From an uncultured Gemmatimonadaceae bacterium (GTDB lineage: Bacteria; Gemmatimonadota; Gemmatimonadetes; Gemmatimonadales; Gemmatimonadaceae), in the NCBI GenBank assembly GCA_963761305.1, contig CAVXGK010000002.1, forward strand, positions 160,001 to 224,000: a stretch of 64,000 nt of DNA, read 5' to 3'. The translations under genes and the position numbers were made by a program. The notes under the pieces are model-generated. The model was not told where the DNA came from. It searched no databases and saw only the letters and a list, made by a program, of their open reading frames with translations. Below are positions 56,988 to 64,000 of this stretch, piece by piece (position 1 is the stretch's first letter; every line of letters begins with the position of its first letter).

Positions 56988-59900
56988 CTAGAACACGACC
57001 GCCGGCAGCGACCCGTCGATCGTCTTGAGGCCTCGCGATCGCAACAGGGCGTTGAACTTGCCGAGATCGGTGCCGAGCAGGCCTTGCAACGCCGTGTGAG
57101 TGTCGCGCACTTGTTTCGCGAGCACCTGCGTGACCTGCTGCTGTTGGCCCGTGGGCGCGAAATCCGACGCCGCGATGCCCCCGGCGAGGTAGTTGAGTTG
57201 GGCACCAATCCTGGCCGGGTACCGCACCTCGTCCTGCCCGCGCCCCGTCATGCGCAAGTCGAGCAAGCTGCCTTCAACACTCATGAACTTTTGGGACAGC
57301 GAATCGCCCCGCAAGCGTACATCGACCATCGACGTGTTGCCTTTGATCTGCGCCGCGAGGGAGTCCATTTGCGCCCGGACACTCTCGATCGTGAGCAGCA
57401 TGTCGGCGCTGGTGTTCATATCGGTTTGCACCTTCTTGAGCAGCTCGGTCGACGCGCCGATATCGAGCGCGGTCTCCAGCTCGCTCGGATCCTTCAATAC
57501 TTCGAGCGGTTGTGTTGCCGTCGTGCCGGCGGCGGTGAGGCGCACCGTGTAGTGACCCGGCGGCATCAGCACGGATAGCGTACCGAACCCGGGAGCTGGA
57601 CGCGTGCCATCGGCGTCCATCGTGAACTCGGCGTCGTCGACCGGTTTCGTGCGCATGCGCGCCGTCTTCGACGGCTCGTTGCTCAAATCCCAGTGCACGC
57701 GATTCAATCCAGCGCGCGTGGTCCCTTGGAGAGTGCGCACCGTCTTCCCGGCCGCGTCGAGGATCGCAATGCTTGCGGTGCCGCCCGGCGACGACAACCA
57801 GTAGTTGATATCCGCGCCGTATTGCGGATTTACGCCCGCTGTCGGATCGTCATTCGGCGCGACGTTCGCTTCGATCTCGAGGAACCGATACGCCGCGCGC
57901 GGCGCGAATAGGGTCGCCGCCGACGCGGTCACGTGCGGCGTGAGCTTCTGTAGCGGCGAGAGGTCGTCGAGGATGTAGAAGCCCCGCCCGTACGTCGCGA
58001 CGACGAGATCGTTGAAATGCTCCTGGATGACGAGTCCGTACACCGGGGCGCGCGGCATCCCCAACTGCATCGCCTGCCAGTGGTCGCCGTCGTCGAACGA
58101 CATGTACAATCCGCCTTCGGTGCCAAGGTAGAGGAGACCGCGCCGAACAGGGTCCTCTCGGACTATGTGCGCATAGCTCACGACGCTATGCGGAATCCCG
58201 GTGACGATCAGCTTCCACGTCTTCCCGAAATCCTTGGTGCGGTAGACCCATGGCTCGCGGTTGTTCTCTTGATGGCCGTCGACGATGATGTAGGCCGTGC
58301 CCGCGTCGTACTTCGACGGCTCGATGTGGCGCACCGATCCCCACGGTAGAATCCCCGGCACGTTTGCCGTGACGTTCGTCCACGTCTTGCCTGCATCGCG
58401 CGTGACCTGTACGAGGCCGTCATTCGTGCCGGCCCAGATGACGCCTGCTTGCGCGCGCGACTCGGCAATCGCGTAAACGACGTCCCCGTACTCCACGCCG
58501 ATGTTGTCCGGCGTGAGACCGCCCGAACTTTGTTGCTTCGTCTTGTCGTTCCGCGTGAGGTCCGGACTGATCACACGCCAACTCCGTCCGCCGTCCTTCG
58601 ACATGTGGACGAACTGACTGCCCGTGTAGATGGTGTTGTGATCGTGAGGCGAGATCGTAAACGGAGCGTCCCACACGAAGCGATACTCGACGTCTGCCGC
58701 GGCATGTCCACCGGTGCTCAACGGCCACACCTCGACATTCTGTCCCGTGCGAGTGCGTTCGTCGAACCGGACGACGATGCCGCCTCGGCTCCCAGACCCC
58801 GACGCGGTCGACCAGATGACGTTTGGGTCGACCGGATCTGGTGTCGCCCAACCGCTCTCGCCTCCTTGCACGGCGTGCCATTCGCTGCGCGAGATCGTTG
58901 CGCCGCCACGGCTGTTGCTCGGGCCTCGATACGACGGACCGTCCTGCTTATTGCCGTATACATAGTAGGGCACCCGATTGTCGACGGTGGCGTGATAGAT
59001 CTGTGCGATCGGGAGATTCACGTGCAGCCAGGTACGGCCGCGCGTCGTAGAGATGTGCACGCCGGCGTCGTTCCCGACGACCATGCGCGACGGATTCGTC
59101 GGATCGATCCACATGTCGTGGTTGTCTCCGCCTGGCGCCGTGAACGCCGGAGTTGGCGGCGCGCCTCGGCCGCCTTCCGCCGTCGGCGCGGCGCCACCGC
59201 GGCCGCGGCCTCCACCGACGCCGCGACCGTTCGCCGTGAGCGTGGCACCGCCGTCCAACGAGTGGTTGAACGTCGCGCACAGGAAATAGGTTTCGTCCGG
59301 ATTGTCCGGCGCGACGGCGACACGCGTGTAGTACGGTTGACGGCACGCCAGGTCGCGGTCGAAGCTGACCACGTGCCAGTTCACGCCGCCGTCCTCCGAA
59401 CGCCACAACTCACCGTTGTCCGTCGGCCGGCCGTGGAGCGGATTGCCGTCGCCTGTTTCGATGAGCGCGTATACTCGGTTGGGATTCGACCGTGAGATGG
59501 CGAGGCCGATCTTCCCGAGCTCGTGCGTCGGCAGCCCGTTCCCCTCGAGCTTCTTCCATGTGTCGCCGCCGTCGTGGGTGACGTAGATGCCGCTCCCCAT
59601 GCCGCCGCTCTCGCGTCCCCAGGTGTGAAGCTCGAGCTGCCACGTCGCGGCGAAGAGGGTTTTCGAGTCCGTCGGGTGCATCACGACGTCGATTGCGCCG
59701 GTGTTGGCGTCGACGAACAACACGCGCTTCCACGTCTGCCCGCCATCGGTCGTGCGGTACACGCCACGTTCCTCTTCCGGTCCGTAGCTGTGTCCCTGCG
59801 CGGCGACGTACACGATGTCCGGATTCGCCGGATCGATGACGATGCGCCCGGTGCGGCTCGCCGAGTCGGGTCCGGAGTGCGTCCACGTGCGCCCGGCGTC

Positions 59901-60305
59901 GACGGACTTGTAGAGACCGTTGCCGATCGAGATGTGCGATCGGATCCACGGTTCACCCGTGCCGGCCCACACGATGTTCGGGCTTGACGGGGCAACAGCG
60001 AGCGCGCCGATCGACGAGATGGTTTGGTCGTCGAAAATGGGGGACCAGTGGATGCCTGCGTCAGTGGTTTTCCAGATTCCGCCCGAGGCCGCGCCCGCGT
60101 AGTAGGTATTCGCATCGCCGGCGATTCCGGCGACCGCGGCGACGCGATTCCCGACCGGACCGATGTAGCGGAATCGTAGTGCCCCTAGCGAGGCAGAACT
60201 TGCCAGGTCGACCGACGGCGCTTGCGAACGAGCGGTCTCAGTCGCGAGCGTCGAGACCGCGACAAACGTCAGACGGACGAACGCGTTTCGCGTGAGCTTC
60301 GGCAT
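56988..60305 (-). CDS. Secreted BNR/Asp-box (sortilin/VPS10-like) beta-propeller protein, putative glycosyl hydrolase
   Basis: Signal peptide, R-x-IGP-x-G-x-RV, many S/T-x-D-x-G-x-TW Asp boxes, C-terminal GLNR-x2-WDL. Confidence 0.88.
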   Translation of the reverse strand: MPKLTRNAFVRLTFVAVSTLATETARSQAPSVDLASSASLGALRFRYIGPVGNRVAAVAGIAGDANTYYAGAASGGIWKTTDAGIHWSPIFDDQTISSIGALAVAPSSPNIVWAGTGEPWIRSHISIGNGLYKSVDAGRTWTHSGPDSASRTGRIVIDPANPDIVYVAAQGHSYGPEEERGVYRTTDGGQTWKRVLFVDANTGAIDVVMHPTDSKTLFAATWQLELHTWGRESGGMGSGIYVTHDGGDTWKKLEGNGLPTHELGKIGLAISRSNPNRVYALIETGDGNPLHGRPTDNGELWRSEDGGVNWHVVSFDRDLACRQPYYTRVAVAPDNPDETYFLCATFNHSLDGGATLTANGRGVGGGRGRGGAAPTAEGGRGAPPTPAFTAPGGDNHDMWIDPTNPSRMVVGNDAGVHISTTRGRTWLHVNLPIAQIYHATVDNRVPYYVYGNKQDGPSYRGPSNSRGGATISRSEWHAVQGGESGWATPDPVDPNVIWSTASGSGSRGGIVVRFDERTRTGQNVEVWPLSTGGHAAADVEYRFVWDAPFTISPHDHNTIYTGSQFVHMSKDGGRSWRVISPDLTRNDKTKQQSSGGLTPDNIGVEYGDVVYAIAESRAQAGVIWAGTNDGLVQVTRDAGKTWTNVTANVPGILPWGSVRHIEPSKYDAGTAYIIVDGHQENNREPWVYRTKDFGKTWKLIVTGIPHSVVSYAHIVREDPVRRGLLYLGTEGGLYMSFDDGDHWQAMQLGMPRAPVYGLVIQEHFNDLVVATYGRGFYILDDLSPLQKLTPHVTASAATLFAPRAAYRFLEIEANVAPNDDPTAGVNPQYGADINYWLSSPGGTASIAILDAAGKTVRTLQGTTRAGLNRVHWDLSNEPSKTARMRTKPVDDAEFTMDADGTRPAPGFGTLSVLMPPGHYTVRLTAAGTTATQPLEVLKDPSELETALDIGASTELLKKVQTDMNTSADMLLTIESVRAQMDSLAAQIKGNTSMVDVRLRGDSLSQKFMSVEGSLLDLRMTGRGQDEVRYPARIGAQLNYLAGGIAASDFAPTGQQQQVTQVLAKQVRDTHTALQGLLGTDLGKFNALLRSRGLKTIDGSLPAVVF

Positions 60306-60421
60306 TCTGCGATCCTCGGTAGACGGTGACACCGACGAAGATCTCGCCCGCCGCCGCGCGCGCAAGAGTCTAGGATTGTGTGGCAGCTGGGAGTCCCGCA
60401 TTTGATGCTTGGCAAGGCACC

Positions 60422-60519
60422 GCACGAGCACGGACCCAGTTCGCCATCACGAACGCGTCGGCCCTGTCCGGCGACCGGCCGAGACGCGCGCGAATCTCAT
60501 CCTTCGCCTCGAGCTCGGC
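60422..60519 (-). pseudogene. Phage terminase large subunit C-terminal remnant
   Basis: LEAKDEIRARLGRSPDRADA matches the E-x-K-x2-I-x2-RLGRSPD-x-ADA end of terminase nuclease domains. Confidence 0.55.
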
Positions 60520-60520
60520 G

Positions 60521-60800
60521 TGCGAGCACGGCGTCACCCTCCAATTCATTCGGCCCGGCCAGCCGTTGAAAATGCCTACTGCGAAAGCTTCAATGGCAAG
60601 CTGCGGGACGAATACTTGAATGCGAACTGGTTCCCGACTATCGCCGAGGCGCAACGCGCGATCGAGGCGTGGCGCATCGAGTACAACGAAGAGCGGCCAC
60701 ACAAAGCCTGGGCGTCGACCCCCGGGGTGCCACGGCAGCGTGTTTGGGTGGCTGCTTGCGTCTTTCTGAATAACGTTGGGCAGACGCGTGGACCGTAGCA
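60521..60800 (+). mobile_element. IS3-family transposase OrfB C-terminal remnant, frameshifted
   Basis: FIRPG-x-P / ENAYCESFNGKLRDE-x-LN-x2-WF...IE-x-WR-x-EYN-x2-RPH. Confidence 0.85.
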
Positions 60801-61507
60801 CTGGCGCGGCTGCTACTCCATTAGCCAATCACCCGGCAAATCGAGCATCTGAACCACACTTCCGCGCTCGTGATCCACCCGCCGAAGAGTGCGGACGTCG
60901 TCACCGCGCTTGAACACCATGTCCGGTTCGTCTCCTGCGAACCACCCGACCGTGGACGCGGGCATCTGCGTCCATCCGTCGGCGAGACACGCCGAGACGA
61001 GCGCCGCGACCACGAGTCGGGAACGCAGATGGCCAGCTCGGCCAGGTGAAAGCGCGTGACCAGGCGACGCCGTCCAACTTGGACCGGTTCGCCAAAAACG
61101 GTAAACCTCGGGATAGGTCCGCGGTCGCACGGGTGACGCGGCGAATTCGGTGACGATGTCGCGAGGAGGCCCGTTGCCGACAGTTTGTGCCGCGTGGTAC
61201 GTAGGGATCGCGGCGGCTGCGCGTCCTCGTACTCGGTCAGACGGTCGAGCCTTCTTCGTGTGTCCGAGCTGCGAATCAGTCGAGAGGGACCATCGTCGAG
61301 AGTCTCGTATACGAACGACATGTCGTAACTCTCGCGTTCCTGATCCTCGCTCGCTTGCATCGTCCATATGGCTCTCTCGGGCTGCTCCTTATGAGAGAAT
61401 CTACAACCAGTCCTCTGCGCGGCGCGATGGTGCGCGAGATACGTGCCCGAGCCCGCCTAAGGTCTTCCGCTCGACAAGCACAAGCCGCGGCACTCCGAAA
61501 GTCTTAG

Positions 61508-61551
61508 TTGACAACAGGGCAACGCCGTGTATCAACTCCGAAGCTTCGGAG
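61508..61551 (+). promoter_or_regulatory. blaI-like promoter and operator
   Basis: TTGACA at 61508 and a perfect 16-bp palindrome CTCCGAAGCTTCGGAG at 61536-61551. Confidence 0.55.
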
Positions 61552-61556
61552 ATGAC

Positions 61557-61952
61557 ATGGCCGCCTTTACTGTACGCGAGCTCGACATCATGGTCGTGCT
61601 CTGGGAACACGTCCCCTCGACCGTCGCCGAGGTCCGCGCGAAGCTCGAGGACCGCTCAGCCACAACACGGTGGCAACGTCGTCATGAACCTCAGAACAAA
61701 GACCAGGTCGACCAGTCGAGGAGGGCCGCGCATTCCGGTATCGGGCGAGCGTCGGGCGTGAGGAGGCCGCGCGGAGCGCGTTGTCACGAATCGCCGACAC
61801 GCTGTTCGGCGGCTCGGCCGAGCCGCTGGTGAACCACGTCGTGCGAGACGGCGGTTGTCGCCGAGCGAGCTGGCTCGATCCGAGCGGTGCTCGACGAGCG
61901 GATCGAGGAAAACAAAACGCGCCGTCCGGCCAAACGAGGAAAGCGCCCATGA
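61557..61952 (+). pseudogene. BlaI/MecI/CopY-family repressor with multiple frameshifts
   Basis: FT-x-RELDIM-x-VLW...TVAEV, TTV and LFGGS-x-E-x-LV segments fall in different frames. ATGA coupling to the next gene. Confidence 0.8.
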
Positions 61953-64000
61953 TCGCCGCGTGGATGTTGTACACGATGGCCGTGGGGTTCTTGCTGTACG
62001 CCGCGGCGATGGGAGCTGAGTACGTCACCCGCGCTCTCAGGGTGCCGGCACGTTTCGTATGGCTTTTCGCCATGATGACGACGATCGTCTCGCAGGGCGC
62101 GCGCTGTCGAGCAGCGAGCGTCCCGCGCGGCCGGCGCCGCTCCAGCGAAGAATGGACGGTCAATTCGACTCGAAACCCCTGGTTCTATCGCCGAATCTTC
62201 AATGAGCGCTGATCTGTGAGTCGCCGACCGACCAGGGAAGGTCAACGTGCGTCGGACCGACGACAGTCAGAAACGCTCGCCCGATTCACTCGATAAGACA
62301 TGTCGGCGGCGCGTGTCGCGAATCGACTGCGTGCTCTCGACCCGTAACAGGGCGCTGATCATCGCCTGGATTGCGTTGTCAGCGCTCGCCCTGTGCTGGC
62401 TTCTCATGTCGTTCCTTCGACTGCGCCGGCTGGCCGGCGAGCTCACTGCCGAGACGATCGCCAATCGCGCGGTTCTTGTGTCAGAGGACGTCGGTCCGGC
62501 GCTCCTCGGGATTCTGCGAACTCGAATCGTCTTACCGCGCTGGGTGCTCGAGCTGCCACCAGCGGAGCAGGAGATCATCGTCGCTCACGAACGGCAACAC
62601 GCCGTCGCGTTCGACCCGGCGCTGGTATGCGCCAGCATGTGCATCGTTGCACTTCAGCCGTGGAACGTCGTTCTGTGGATGCTTCTCGCGCGCCTGCGTC
62701 TCGCGGTGGAGGTCGACTGCGACCGACGGGTCCTCGGGGAAGGGGGCGACGTCAGCGCGAACGGCCAATTGCTCGCCGCGATATACGAGCGGACGAGCGG
62801 ATTGGCGCCCCACGTGGCGTTTGCGGAGCGCGGCTCGAGCCTCGAGCGCCGCATTCGGCGCATCACGTCACGCCCCCGATTGTTCTCGGCGGCGGTCGGC
62901 GGATCGGCCATCGCCGCCACTGTGTTCGCGACCGCCGCGTGGAAGACGTCTGCGCCGACCCGCACGACTCCGATGGTGTCGTCCACGGTCGGCCCGTCCG
63001 CTATAGTGGCGAGTGTGCTCGCCGCTGTCCCGCAGAAGACACCCGCGCCACCCCGTTCCGCCGCGCCGTCGGAAACCCTGACGAAGTCGTCAGCTGTGGA
63101 GTCTGGCCACGAGGAACCGCAGGTGACAGTTCCTTCCGAATCACAGCGGCCAGGGTCCGCCGTCGCGCAGGTGGTCAGTGTCCAACGGCGCGACGTGCAT
63201 CAAGGTCCCACACCGCGATCGGCTCTCGCAGAGGCCGTGCCCTTTACGGCCGTGCGTGCCGAGACGTCCCTCATCCGCATAACGATCGAAGCTACGAATC
63301 TGGCGGAGTTCAGGTTTGTTGTGCCCCTAGACTCAACGACGCGACCCATACACGTCGCTCGAGGTCGCGCGGAACTCGTCTGGGGGATATATCCGTTTTC
63401 CTCGATGATGGAAATCACGTCGCTCGAAACCACGACCCAAGTGCACGTCGAGGCAGCGCAGAACGGCCGCACGATTGCGAGCGGCGAAGGGACCTATTTG
63501 GTTCTTCGCCGAGACTCGTGGGCGTCACGATCGAGGCGTGGAGCCACGCGCCGCCGTCGCGCGCGCAACTGCTACCCAAATCCTGGACTGCCGGGTCGAA
63601 CGAACAAGGCGGAGGCGCCGCAACGGGTCCTTGTGCAATCCCCGATAGCATTCGCGATCCGCGGGTTGTCGCGCCTTTCGGACGCAGAAGTCAGATCGGC
63701 CGTCGGCATCACGCCGAAATCGACCATAAACGGCCCTGTTGTGACCAATGCGCTCAAGAACCTCGACGCGATCAACAGCTTCGAGCCGAACGCGACGGCG
63801 ACGTGCGAGCTGATCGGCGGGAAGAGCGTCTTGGTGTTCAACCTCACCGAGCGGCGCACCGGGGTGTCGGCTCGCGACTCGATTTCGGCGCGGCTGGTTG
63901 AACTTGAGTTCGACGGGTTCATCAGGGTCGATTCGACTGGCGTTCACTTCAAAGCTTCGCTTCGACTCGGAGGTCCGGCGTCCATCGCCGCTTCGCTCCT
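61949..64000 (+). pseudogene. M56 (BlaR1/MecR1-like) metallopeptidase gene, disrupted near 62100-62220, running off the window
   Basis: MIAAWMLY N-terminus. A different frame, open from 62220 to the end, has GPA-x2-G, AHERQH, PWN, LRLAVEVDCDRRVL, LERRI. Confidence 0.82.

Overview
High-GC bacterial chromosomal window. The gene content (PadR/duplicated orphan ABC-permease pairs, a Hanks kinase-TPR protein, a BNR/VPS10-repeat secreted protein, a BlaI/M56 pair) suggests Gemmatimonadota or a related soil lineage; this is inference. Bases 1-44916 are a gene-dense region with no evident frameshifts: metal homeostasis (FTR1-Rrf2, VIT1, TOBE, MgtA), a sigma54-type AI-2E/release-factor-like operon, a di-heme cytochrome c, an ankyrin-LRR protein, a kinase, orphan permeases, OmpA, rhomboid, aminotransferase, ChdC, a TolC-MFP-RND pump, tRNA-Pro(GGG) and a DEAD-box helicase. 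From about 44940 to the end is a decaying accessory region with frameshifted genes, IS3 and phage-terminase remnants. The most interesting unexplained signals are: (1) a highly structured, SD-sequestering ~125-nt leader upstream of the ankyrin-LRR gene, whose product carries two copies of a small helical domain; (2) a ~104-nt tRNA-like element with two T-arms just downstream of tRNA-Pro; (3) two diverged 121-aa paralogs with matching leaderless-type promoters bracketing a 10-kb block; (4) a family of intergenic 8-bp tandem repeats. All family calls are by eye, and no database searches were run.
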